Below, piece after piece: positions 8,877-18,126 of a DNA stretch of 64,000 nucleotides. The stretch lies in the IMG/VR virus record IMGVR_UViG_3300017989_000061, one strand, 5' to 3'. The notes beneath the pieces are model-generated. The model saw only the letters and a list, made by a program, of their open reading frames with translations, had not been told where the DNA came from and ran no database searches. The DNA comes from an uncultured virus (IMG/VR IMGVR_UViG_3300017989_000061) (lineage: Duplodnaviria > Heunggongvirae > Uroviricota > Caudoviricetes). The position numbers were made by a program, and so were the translations under genes. Numbering within the stretch: the first letter of the stretch is position 1; every line of letters starts with the position of its first letter.

Positions 8877-9649
8877 ATGTCTAAGAAAAACAAACAACGG
8901 AGGTATCTTTAGTGATGCCGTGACTGACGACTCACGGAGGCGTCTTTGAGAACGCTACCGAACTGACGCTGGAAGTTCAAAATGGAGAAGGTGGAGATGA
9001 CTCAAAAATCTTCGTTCATGAACTTTTCTCGGCTTATGTGAGATACTCCGAATCTCTTAATCTCGAAGTAGAGATCATTAATTCTACTGAAGGTAACGTG
9101 AAAGCCATTGTCTCTGGTAAAGGTGCGGGTAAAGCCTTTGCAAACGAACCGGGGAAGCACGTATGCCAACGGATACCACCAACTGAACAGAAGGGTCGAA
9201 AACATACTTCGACTGTTTCTGTTTCCGTGTTGCCACTTGAAAATAATACTGAAATCCAACTTTTGGATGAAGATGTTGTTGTTGAAAAGTGCAATTTGGG
9301 AGGTCCGGGGGGTCAAAAACGCAATAAAACGATGTGCGATGTTCGTTTGACTCACAAACCCACTGGATTACAAGCAGTGGTTAGTGGCAGGAGTTATCAT
9401 AAAAACCTCGCAGAAGCTCTTAAAATACTTTCAAATAGAGTAAATGACAAATACCTCGGAGAAAAGCGACAAGCCCGCTCAGAGGCTCGTAAGGGCCAAA
9501 TGGGAGGCGGTTCGAGATCGGATAAAATTCGGACATATAATTTCTTAAATTCTCGTGTTTCTGATCATCGATTGGGGACGAAAACCGGTAATATCAAAGG
9601 AGTTATGCGTGGAAGGTTGGATTTGATTTTCAAAAAACCTTCAAAATAA
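8877..9649 (+). CDS. Class I peptide chain release factor, RF1-type (PxT), lacking domain 1; predicted to need two +1 programmed frameshifts (~256 aa)
   Basis: GEGGDD..F..LF.AY, QRIPPTEQKGRKHTS, GGPGGQ, RTYNF motifs; AAGGAG SD + ATG 8877; shift sites CTT-TAG 8907-8912 and CTT-TGA 8944-8949. Confidence 0.9.
8899..8950 (+). promoter_or_regulatory. Two tandem prfB-type +1 frameshift cassettes (UAG, then UGA)
   Basis: GGAGG TAT CTT TAG and GGAGG CGT CTT TGA: internal SD, 3-nt spacer, CUU-U slippery site, stop; each is in the frame reached by the previous step. Confidence 0.85.
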
Positions 9650-9936
9650 ACGAATTTTTATTTCCTTTTCTGCCACTTCACACCCCCTTCAGTGACATAG
9701 GAAATAGGGAGCTTGTCACGGTCCTGCGTTTTACTGGCAGGGGTATCATCAATCGCACAATGTCGCCTTTTTGAAAAAAGTGACGTTGTGCGATTCTTTT
9801 TTGGAAAAAAGGGACAGGTTTCCCCTGTATGCGTTACCGGTTTTTGGCTTTTGAAACGATTAAGCCAAAAAACACGAATCAAATCGCCATTACGGAGATA
9901 TTGGTTTTTGAGATTCATTTTTCTGAAAGGGAAACC

Positions 9937-10366
9937 GATGAAAAAGCTGTTGTGTCTTTTTTTTTTGATGTTTGACAATTACAAAAATGCAGCCGCTCAA
10001 ATTTGGCAAGAGTATTCTGTTGAACGTTGGGAGGTGGAAGTTTCTTTTTCTGATGCCAAATCATTCATTGAAGAAATAATTGATTATTACATCAGTTCCA
10101 GATTCACTTCAGAGCAATGGAACAAAGTGCTTACGCCTCATATTGAACGAGGTGATTTTTGGGCACGAGAAACCAGTAGGGCAGTTACCGACCGTTGGCG
10201 AGTTTATTTGATTAAACGTGATTACTTTCCCGGAACAGGACAGGACAGTGCTTATGATTTTCCTGTTGGGGATTACGCTCGTAGTAAAATGTTCAATACC
10301 AACCTGAAAGTTGCTCCAATCAATGCAGATGCGGCGAGCATCACAGGTCTGACAAAATCAGCTTAA
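9937..10366 (+). CDS. Hypothetical protein
   Basis: MKKLLCLFF start after AAGGG; contains a long T homopolymer. Confidence 0.6.
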
Positions 10367-10410
10367 AAATACACGAATAAATTTGGGTTAACCCTACTAT
10401 ATAAAAAAAC

Positions 10411-11571
10411 ATGTTATTGGTAGAACGACACCACATCCAAGGAAATCACGAAATTGTAAAGCTGTGCGAAACAAGCAAAGAGCTTTACAATAAATGCAAT
10501 TACTATATGCGAAAAGCGTGGTTCGGGGATGAGCAATTGCCTGACATTACAATTCTTGTTCAACTTGTAAAACATGAGTCAAGTTTTAAAAATTTACACA
10601 ACACCAAAACGGCAAAACAAACAGTTAGAAAGTGTTTGATAGACTGGACTAACTTCAAAAAAGCAATTAAAACTTGGAAGAAAGACAAAAGTAAGTTTCT
10701 GAAAATGCCAAAACCTCCTAAGTACAAGAAGAAGATGGCACAAGTGATCTTCTACAAAGAAACAATCAAAGGTGGTCAAAGTAAAAATAAACGAAATATA
10801 ATCATTCCAACTAATGGTTGTTTTGGTATTAAAAGTGATCGAAACTATAAACAGGTAGTTGTTACACCAAAACGTTTTGGGTTCATTGTAGATGTTCAAT
10901 ATGAACAAACAATTCCAAATAAAACTAAAGATAAAGGTGTTGCTTGTGTGGATATTGGATTGAACAACTTATGTGCGATAACTTCCGATCAGACAACTCC
11001 CATACTGATTAACGGTCGTATAGTCAAGACAATCAACCAGAAATTCAATAAATATAGAACCAGACGTGAGAGTCAAAAACGTTATTTTAGGATCGAAAAT
11101 TACTTTCATCATGTAAGTAAATGGTTGATCCTTTGGTGTCAAGAACACAAGATTGGCACGATTATCATTGGTAAAAATGATGGCTGGAAACAAAGGCAAA
11201 AACACGGTAAACGTAATAACCAAAACTTTCAAAGTGTTCCTTTTTCCAAATTGATTCAAAAGATTGAGTACAAGGCGATGTTGGTGGGCATCAAGGTTGT
11301 ATTCACTGAGGAAGCTTATACAAGTAAAGCGAGTTTTTTGGATCGTGATGCAATTCCTGCTTACTCAAAAGATAATGATCTTGAGTTTAGTGGTTCGAGA
11401 GTGAAACGTGGTTTGTATTGTTCTAGTGATGGGGCATTAGTGAATGCTGACTGTAATGGATCAGCGAATATTGGGAGAAAAGTAATCCAGAACTCTGAGT
11501 TTCTTGGACGACTGGATAGGAGCCTTGCCGCAAGGCCAGTGCGGATCAATCCATTAGAAATTTTTGCGTAA
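10411..11571 (+). CDS. tnpB: TnpB-family RNA-guided endonuclease, copy 2 (no adjacent transposase)
   Basis: SKELYN helix, VDIGLNNL, EEAYTSK, NADCNG; Zn-finger cysteines absent. Confidence 0.9.
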   Translation: MLLVERHHIQGNHEIVKLCETSKELYNKCNYYMRKAWFGDEQLPDITILVQLVKHESSFKNLHNTKTAKQTVRKCLIDWTNFKKAIKTWKKDKSKFLKMPKPPKYKKKMAQVIFYKETIKGGQSKNKRNIIIPTNGCFGIKSDRNYKQVVVTPKRFGFIVDVQYEQTIPNKTKDKGVACVDIGLNNLCAITSDQTTPILINGRIVKTINQKFNKYRTRRESQKRYFRIENYFHHVSKWLILWCQEHKIGTIIIGKNDGWKQRQKHGKRNNQNFQSVPFSKLIQKIEYKAMLVGIKVVFTEEAYTSKASFLDRDAIPAYSKDNDLEFSGSRVKRGLYCSSDGALVNADCNGSANIGRKVIQNSEFLGRLDRSLAARPVRINPLEIFA

Positions 11572-11645
11572 AACGGCAAAAATTAGATTGGTTTCGTCAA
11601 ACCTAGATATTTTTAGGAACGGTAATATTGAATTTTCAAATGAAA
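11480..11645 (+). ncRNA. Putative omega/reRNA scaffold plus guide of TnpB copy 2
   Basis: Shared with copy 1 up to TTTTAGGAACGGT (11623). Confidence 0.5.
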
Positions 11646-11656
11646 GGTAACAGAAA

Positions 11657-12052
11657 ATGCGTAATGACAAACACGAAGTTGACGAATCTATTCGAAAACT
11701 CAAACAAGAAGAAGTTCGAAGGTTTAATGAAAATTTTTTCGGCAGCAAAAGTTATGCTAACCGCAATTTTTCCATTGATGCTCCAGTAGGATCAATTCAG
11801 TTTGATTTAGATGTTCGAGCTACCAAGATGCTGGAATCTTGGTATGTTAGTTGTCTTGAAGGGAATGATGAAGAATATTCCTACGAAGATGCAAATAGTA
11901 AACTTTTCAAATATGTGCTTTCTGAAAAGCGACATGAGTTTCGTGATAAAGTTTTCAACGAAGTTTATGAACGTAGAATCAAGGGCTTGGAAAACCCGGC
12001 TGATTTTCCGGCTGACTCTTACAGAGGAGAAAGCTTCTATAAGCAACTTGAT
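11657..12052 (+). pseudogene. 5' part of a hypothetical gene split by an inversion (3' part at 22126..22335, minus strand)
   Basis: Joins in frame to an otherwise start-less 69-codon acidic ORF when the segment is flipped. Confidence 0.7.
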
Positions 12053-12341
12053 TCTAGATTACGTCGAAGACCAAAACTTAGAAGAGTGTGATCAACATTT
12101 GATGCTTCAATCCAAGCTGATCGATCTAAACAACTCAGATTTTATCGGAAGACATGAAACGTTCGAATCAGATGTTGCTTTTGTCATGAAGACGCTGGAC
12201 ATAAGCTTCGAAACCATACCTCGCAAAAACCCTTCAAAGACAAAAGGCTACAAACAGTTTTATTCACCGAAATCAATCGACAGAGTTGCAAAAATGTATG
12301 CCAAGGATATCAACAAATTTCAATACTCATGGGAAAAGTAG
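12053..12341 (+). pseudogene. C-terminal half of a Sulfotransfer_2-type sulfotransferase (split by inversion)
   Basis: DQHL.LQS.LID...DFIGR.ETF..D and Y..DI..F.Y motifs; no start codon of its own. Confidence 0.8.
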
Positions 12342-13042
12342 CTTATTTCATTTACAGCGGACAACTTAGCCGAATTGGAGAAAAGTGTTTCCAATCTCTT
12401 CAAGAAAAGTCTGACTGTCGCATAATTCTCTACCACGACTCTGTTTGTAACAAGCCGAAAAATACAGAGCTAATTCCCATTGATATCAATCGATGGAACA
12501 ACAGGAGAATGACTCATCGAATGGAGTTGGCTCTTGAGCTACCTGTTCTTGAAGGTGACCAAATTTTGGTTCTGGATACCGATTTATTGTTTCAAAGCGA
12601 CCCCTTTGCTGTATTCCAAGAAGCTGAATTCGACCTGTTTTACACCTCTAGGGGATTCGTCTCCGACTTCAATATCAATGCAGGAGTGTGGGGGTTTGTG
12701 CAAAATGAACGCAGCAAAAAACTACTCGAATTCATGGTGAAACAAGCCAACAATCCATCGTGGGAACCATACAAAGAGTTCAGAAGAGCTTTTCGCAAAA
12801 ACGATTCGAGAGAAAAAGATTGGTGGACTAACCAAGACCTGTTATGCGTTCTCTCCAAACACGCACCACCAATAAATGCCTCACTGTATGATGCTGGAGA
12901 AAAATACAATTGTTGCCCCAGAAGCGGAGGCGGCATCAGTCTGACCGGAGATGCAATGAAAGAGTTTGTGCAAAAGATTGGAGACGACTCTTATGTGATA
13001 ATGCACTACAAAGAAATGGAGAAACAATGTCGGTTGTTGTAA
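12329..13042 (+). CDS. Nucleotide-diphospho-sugar transferase (GT-A fold)
   Basis: VLDTDL DxD motif, INAGV, NQD.L. Confidence 0.75.
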   Translation: MGKVAYFIYSGQLSRIGEKCFQSLQEKSDCRIILYHDSVCNKPKNTELIPIDINRWNNRRMTHRMELALELPVLEGDQILVLDTDLLFQSDPFAVFQEAEFDLFYTSRGFVSDFNINAGVWGFVQNERSKKLLEFMVKQANNPSWEPYKEFRRAFRKNDSREKDWWTNQDLLCVLSKHAPPINASLYDAGEKYNCCPRSGGGISLTGDAMKEFVQKIGDDSYVIMHYKEMEKQCRLL

Positions 13043-13905
13043 CAACTTTTGTCCATGGGTGGTATGTTGATTACGTCCCTATGTTCATCTACAGTGTGCT
13101 CAAAGCATACCCTGATTATTTTGTCAAGGTGTTTGTCCAAGGTGAAATGTCTAAACACAACAAGGAAGCACTTGAGTTAATTTCAAACAACAGGTTTGAA
13201 GTCGTTGAACACTTCTTTGATGAGTATAAGCAAAATGAAGCTTCCAAAAAACCATATTATCTAAGGTGGCTCATACCTCACAATCATCTAAAGGAATTTA
13301 CATACGCTTTCATATGCGATGTTGACCTAATTATGCTTCGGGAAGAACCTACTTTGGTTGAACAAAGGATATCCAACTCACATGGCCTCCCTTACACAAA
13401 CTTTATGAGAGCACCTCATCCAAACTACCCTTCAAGAATCAGTGGCTGGCACTTCATTGAAGTCGAAGAATACTATGAGAAGGCAGAGCCAATAATACAA
13501 AGGGTCTTAAACGATAGTTCGTTTGATATATCAAACCCTCCCAGTTATTCTTATGACAATGGAACTGGAGAACGACAGTGGGGACAGGAAGCATTGTTGC
13601 ATTCGATAATAGATGCAGCATTTGGGATCGATGAAAGAATCGATGAAAGACGCAATTCTTATCCTTATCATCATGGATTACATCTGGGTCCATTTAGAGG
13701 GCGGTTGCCTCAAAGAATGAGATCAAATGATAGTCAGGCAAAACAACACATTGGAAGGAACTCCATATACTGGGAGCGAACAAGTGACATTTTGTCTGTA
13801 ATCAAAGACAAAGATTTCCAAAAGATAACGGCAGAGATCAAAGAAGACAAAGTGAAAAATGTTCTGAACAACCTGAAGCAACACGTGCTGTTAACCACCA
13901 TTTAG
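13027..13905 (+). CDS. Putative glycosyltransferase (GT-A fold)
   Basis: YLRW, ICDVD DxD motif, HHGLHLG. Confidence 0.65.
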   Translation: MSVVVTTFVHGWYVDYVPMFIYSVLKAYPDYFVKVFVQGEMSKHNKEALELISNNRFEVVEHFFDEYKQNEASKKPYYLRWLIPHNHLKEFTYAFICDVDLIMLREEPTLVEQRISNSHGLPYTNFMRAPHPNYPSRISGWHFIEVEEYYEKAEPIIQRVLNDSSFDISNPPSYSYDNGTGERQWGQEALLHSIIDAAFGIDERIDERRNSYPYHHGLHLGPFRGRLPQRMRSNDSQAKQHIGRNSIYWERTSDILSVIKDKDFQKITAEIKEDKVKNVLNNLKQHVLLTTI

Positions 13906-14516
13906 TTCACATATGGCTTGACTTTTCCTTTGCTATCAATAAGAGATGGACCAATTACAGTTTGGTTAGGTTCCACATAAGCTCCGGGCATAGAAAATAC
14001 ATTAGCCCCTATTCTAGCACAGTCACCAATGGTAACCCCAAAACCCTTGTTGCCACCTGTGTCAACAGAATCTTGTTCCCATGTAGATTCTATGTTGTTC
14101 TCATCCATTCTTAGATTTGCTGTGGTGAAAGAAGCTGCTATCTTCACGTTTTCTCCAATAACAGAATCACAAATCATGCCCTTGTGCCCCACGACAGAAT
14201 CCTTCAAAAACACAGACCGCACTATTTCACTGTGAGGACCAATGTGAACACCATCACCCAAAAACACCGGACCTCGTATCAGAGTATATGGACCAACAGA
14301 CACACCTTCGCCCACAAATACAACCCCCATGAATGTAACATGGCTTTGTAGAATCAAATCAACCTTGCCAACTATTCGACCTCCCATCAAATCCCTTTTA
14401 TGGTTCGGCAACTTTTCAGATTGAGCAACGAACTCCCTAAGAACATCACTGGGATGATCGCTGTCACATTGAAAGTCAGGCAACACAGATCGAATTTGTT
14501 CTATGGCCTTTTTCAT
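13902..14516 (-). CDS. Hexapeptide-repeat (LbH) acyltransferase, GlmU C-terminus-like
   Basis: Repeated VFVGEGVSVG/IGENVKI/IGDCARIG; TANLR. Confidence 0.8.
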   Translation of the reverse strand: MKKAIEQIRSVLPDFQCDSDHPSDVLREFVAQSEKLPNHKRDLMGGRIVGKVDLILQSHVTFMGVVFVGEGVSVGPYTLIRGPVFLGDGVHIGPHSEIVRSVFLKDSVVGHKGMICDSVIGENVKIAASFTTANLRMDENNIESTWEQDSVDTGGNKGFGVTIGDCARIGANVFSMPGAYVEPNQTVIGPSLIDSKGKVKPYVN

Positions 14517-15091
14517 TGGATGCCCCTGTGTAACACAAAGCTTTCTGCATAATTTGTCTTTGCTTCAAACCCATCTACCACCATTCTGGCCTTGATGTAA
14601 TCAGTTTGAAAGTAAGGCTTGTCTTTGTATATTTCATAGCACTTCAAGGCGTTTAGTTTCGCCTCTACATCAGATTTTGATACCCGGAAGTAATAGTTTG
14701 AATCCAGTTTTTTCGTGGGGGAATACAAGATGACCGATTTCCCCGTGAATACACGCAAGGTTTCTTCCTTCAAAACCCTATGATCAACATGACCATCATC
14801 CTCCGTGCAAAAAATCAAATCGAAACTGTTTCCCTGATTTAGTTCGGTCAAAAACTCCCAAACAGATTGTCTATTCAAATCCCTTGTGAGCATCGCTGCT
14901 TCTGTGATTCGATTAGCTTCTACACCTAAAGTTTTCAAGGCATTGCAATGAGTTGGAAAGAGGTGTGTCCCTTTAGGTTCGCATGGACAAAGTGTCGCAC
15001 AATGAACATCCCAATCTTTCTGCGAACTAATAGTTGCTCCACATCCAAGTTCTATATCGTCACAATGACAGCCCAAAAACAAAACATTCAT
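14513..15091 (-). CDS. PIG-L/LmbE-family deacetylase
   Basis: HCDDIELGCG and HVDH motifs; start MNVLFLG at 15091. Confidence 0.85.
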   Translation of the reverse strand: MNVLFLGCHCDDIELGCGATISSQKDWDVHCATLCPCEPKGTHLFPTHCNALKTLGVEANRITEAAMLTRDLNRQSVWEFLTELNQGNSFDLIFCTEDDGHVDHRVLKEETLRVFTGKSVILYSPTKKLDSNYYFRVSKSDVEAKLNALKCYEIYKDKPYFQTDYIKARMVVDGFEAKTNYAESFVLHRGIQ

Positions 15092-15105
15092 GCCAATATA
15101 AGAGT

Positions 15106-15927
15106 ATGGAAACCCTAATTGTAGCCAACCCGTCATTGGGAGATGCTTTAGCATACACAGTTCCCGTAGCAATAGCTGTGGGCAAACCAAATTTAATCGC
15201 CTCAACTCCCCATGTAGACAAAATACTCAGAGCCATGCCTTGTTTTGGGAAAGGTCAATCAGGTGATCAAATCATCTTCACAGGAGCACCCGGCATCCAC
15301 AAAAAACCATACCGATGCAACAACTGTCCCACCAGTGGCAAATGCATTAAATGCGGAAAGCATCAAACGCATCATCAAAATTGCCAAAAGCTAATAACAA
15401 ACAACGAATGCTATGGAGAATGGTATGGATTTTTGAACCCACTTTGGAAACACAACAATTCAACCATAAAATACAGGCCCCAGAAACTGTGTGACACTTG
15501 GGGAATAAAGTGGCGTGATGAAATGGACCAACTGAAGCTCGAATGGTATATGGACCACCATCGAGACTTTCAATGCACGACCAAAACCCTGTTAGTGAAT
15601 CTCACCTCAGCCAGTGCAAACAGATCATTAGGCAAAGATGTCATCAAAAGACTGTCGAAAGATTGGGATGTCAGAGAGTTTGATTTCGAAGAAGATATAA
15701 GAACAAATTTGTTTCTAATCGATCAAGCAGAACACATTGTGACAGTTGATACATCAACTGTTTGGTTAGCTAAATACTTAGGTCACAAAAACATACATGT
15801 CATAACCCCCGGAAAGTTAAACAGACATCTCGAATTGGGGTGCAAGCAATTGATATCAGATCAATCCACCAGATACTGTGAGATAGACATTGACTTGATC
15901 ATGAAAAGACTCAATATGGTTCTATGA
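15106..15927 (+). CDS. GT9-like (heptosyltransferase-like) glycosyltransferase
   Basis: SLGDAL near the N-terminus, VTVDTSTVWLA near the C-terminus. Confidence 0.65.
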   Translation: METLIVANPSLGDALAYTVPVAIAVGKPNLIASTPHVDKILRAMPCFGKGQSGDQIIFTGAPGIHKKPYRCNNCPTSGKCIKCGKHQTHHQNCQKLITNNECYGEWYGFLNPLWKHNNSTIKYRPQKLCDTWGIKWRDEMDQLKLEWYMDHHRDFQCTTKTLLVNLTSASANRSLGKDVIKRLSKDWDVREFDFEEDIRTNLFLIDQAEHIVTVDTSTVWLAKYLGHKNIHVITPGKLNRHLELGCKQLISDQSTRYCEIDIDLIMKRLNMVL

Positions 15928-16649
15928 TTTACAACCTGCACAAAATGACAACTTGGAACATAGGGGACATGATGTGTCCAGTGTCTCTTCATTTTGATCT
16001 AGGTGAATCAAAAATACTGGACCTTTGTCGTGTTAAATCAAATGACTTCAATGTGAATGACGCAGATGTTGTTGTTGTCGGAGGTGGCGGCCTTTTCTTT
16101 TTCGACAGCCTGAAATACCTGATGGAGATTTGCACCAAGCCAATCATAGGTTGGGGAATTGGATGCAATGAACATGGATGTCAACAAATACGATACCCTC
16201 AATATGCCCATTCATTCACTTTGTTGGGCACAAGAGACTGGAACACGGAATTTGAATGGGTTCCTTGCCCAAGTTGCATGGACTCAATCTTCAATGAAAG
16301 TATAAAGATGCAACACGATGTGGTTGTTTACGAACACAAAGACAGACCTCTGGGGCTGGATTTCCCAACGAAAAACAACAGTGTTAGCTTCCCTGAAGCC
16401 ATTCGTCACATTGCCTCTGGGTCAACAGTGCTAACTAACACATATCATGGAATGTATTGGGGGACACTGTTGAGTCGAAAAGTGATAGCGTTCCCATTTT
16501 CCAGCAGATTCTACGGAATGAAATACCCTGTTCGCCTTAGTGAAGATGGGTCATGGAAAGAATCCGATGGAGCCATCTTCCCGGAAGCACTGGAAGAATG
16601 CAGAGAAGCTAACACCAAATTCTACAAACGATTTATGGAGTATCTGTAA
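15924..16649 (+). CDS. Polysaccharide pyruvyl-transferase-like protein
   Basis: NIGD, VVGGGGLF, GTRD, TNTYHG. Confidence 0.7.
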   Translation: MIYNLHKMTTWNIGDMMCPVSLHFDLGESKILDLCRVKSNDFNVNDADVVVVGGGGLFFFDSLKYLMEICTKPIIGWGIGCNEHGCQQIRYPQYAHSFTLLGTRDWNTEFEWVPCPSCMDSIFNESIKMQHDVVVYEHKDRPLGLDFPTKNNSVSFPEAIRHIASGSTVLTNTYHGMYWGTLLSRKVIAFPFSSRFYGMKYPVRLSEDGSWKESDGAIFPEALEECREANTKFYKRFMEYL

Positions 16650-17293
16650 TGAGGTCATATGAGCACTTAAAAAGAGCGATCTCAAATTCATCTGTCATCG
16701 AAAAACCATACAAGCATGTTGTCGTAGACAATGCACTTCCATGGGATTTTTACGACGAACTAATGGACAACTTGAACACCACATCATTCGCTTCTGTGTC
16801 TTTCTATCCGGGGGACCACACAAAGGTTTGTTCAAACAATTGTGGTTGTTGGGAGTTTTTGAACGAGATGAACAAGGTCGATTTTTCTCAAATGCTATCT
16901 GATAAATTTCAAACACCAAATGGCCGATCACATTGCTTCTTACACAAAGACACGTGTGGATATGAAATCTCTCCACACAGAGACATACCGTCAAAGCTGA
17001 TTAGCTACATGCTTTACCTACCAAGAGACCCAAGTCACAAAGAACTGGGAACAATGATTTGCAAACCCAAACGGGAGATTGAAGGGAGCAGAGAGAAATG
17101 GTTTGAATGGGATGATTTCGAACACACCACGATAGACTTCATACCCAATCGATTTTTCGCCTTCGCCCCTTCTGAAAATTCCTTTCATGCTGTCAAGCAT
17201 GAAACACCAAATGTGAATCGATTCATCGTGAGAGGTTTCGTGTTTGACACAACCAAAAAACTTCCGGGCTATCTGTCAATCACGAACCTATAA
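16649..17293 (+). CDS. 2OG-Fe(II) oxygenase
   Basis: PHRD (HxD) ... SFHAV ... NR. Confidence 0.8.
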   Translation: MRSYEHLKRAISNSSVIEKPYKHVVVDNALPWDFYDELMDNLNTTSFASVSFYPGDHTKVCSNNCGCWEFLNEMNKVDFSQMLSDKFQTPNGRSHCFLHKDTCGYEISPHRDIPSKLISYMLYLPRDPSHKELGTMICKPKREIEGSREKWFEWDDFEHTTIDFIPNRFFAFAPSENSFHAVKHETPNVNRFIVRGFVFDTTKKLPGYLSITNL

Positions 17294-18115
17294 GAACTTC
17301 AGAGGGCTCTTACCTTCACCGGCAATGAATTCACGCAATGTGGATTCCTCAGCAAAATCGACATTTGCTCCAATCTCATCAGCAACCATCAAAAACTCAG
17401 GATGGATCGGAACGCCCCATTTGCGGCAGTATTTGATTCCGTTCCAAAGATTCATCAATCTGAAAGTCAGCACACCATCTGCGTAATCATGTTTCAAATG
17501 CAATTCTGTGCAATCAATTTCCTTGAACTCAAAGTCCATGCTTTCAAGCTTGTGAAAGTAATCCAAATCAGGACAACCCCAGCCTTCAAACAAATAGTCG
17601 AGACCACCTGATCTCTCAAATGCAGATCGTGTCAATGCCGTGCAGCCTGATATTGGATTCTTTCTTCTGACAGGACCAGTAGTGGTAATCCTGTGATCTG
17701 GAATCAACATGTCACTGTAAGCCAACGGGTTTTCCCTAATCTCTCGCACCTTTGATGTAGAGACCTTCTCATTGAGAGAAAACAGTCTCTTGGGGAAAAG
17801 TATCGAGTTGTCATCAATTTGCTCTATCAGCAAATCAAGGTAATTTGTCGGTAGTATTCTGTCAGAGTCTATGTAAAGGATGTTGTCAAACTCAGAAACA
17901 GCAATTGCTTCATCCCACATTTTGGCCCAACAATAGAACTCATTTGGCCTCTCTACTTCCAATACCTCGAATTCGTATGGCCTTATGTTTGTTTCTCCAT
18001 CAACGACCAACATCTTCTGGCAATCACCATAATGGTTCATTTCCTGAAGACAGAAAATGGTTGTTATCAGTTCATCCAGTCGATCCTTCGAGTAAAGTAT
18101 GAATATGCTAAACAC
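17288..18115 (-). CDS. Glycosyltransferase GT2/GT7-like
   Basis: IDSDRILP, GGLD..F.GWG.PD.D; paralog of 37029..37868 and 20401..21162. Confidence 0.8.
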   Translation of the reverse strand: MFSIFILYSKDRLDELITTIFCLQEMNHYGDCQKMLVVDGETNIRPYEFEVLEVERPNEFYCWAKMWDEAIAVSEFDNILYIDSDRILPTNYLDLLIEQIDDNSILFPKRLFSLNEKVSTSKVREIRENPLAYSDMLIPDHRITTTGPVRRKNPISGCTALTRSAFERSGGLDYLFEGWGCPDLDYFHKLESMDFEFKEIDCTELHLKHDYADGVLTFRLMNLWNGIKYCRKWGVPIHPEFLMVADEIGANVDFAEESTLREFIAGEGKSPLKFL

Positions 18116-18126
18116 TAAATACCCCT

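Noticed and set aside
9038..9649. ORF-track start (GTG 9038) for the release factor
   Set aside because: No SD, and it would drop the conserved GEGGDD..F..LF.AY segment.
9680..9745. Twister or hammerhead ribozyme (GUGACAAGC, CUGAAG on the minus strand)
   Set aside because: I could not build the required core (twister GAG pseudoknot partner; hammerhead CUGANGA plus GAAA with three stems).
11811..12052. N-terminal part of ORF 11811..12341 as a real gene start
   Set aside because: It overlaps gene 11657 in another frame and lacks sulfotransferase N-terminal motifs; the inversion explains it.
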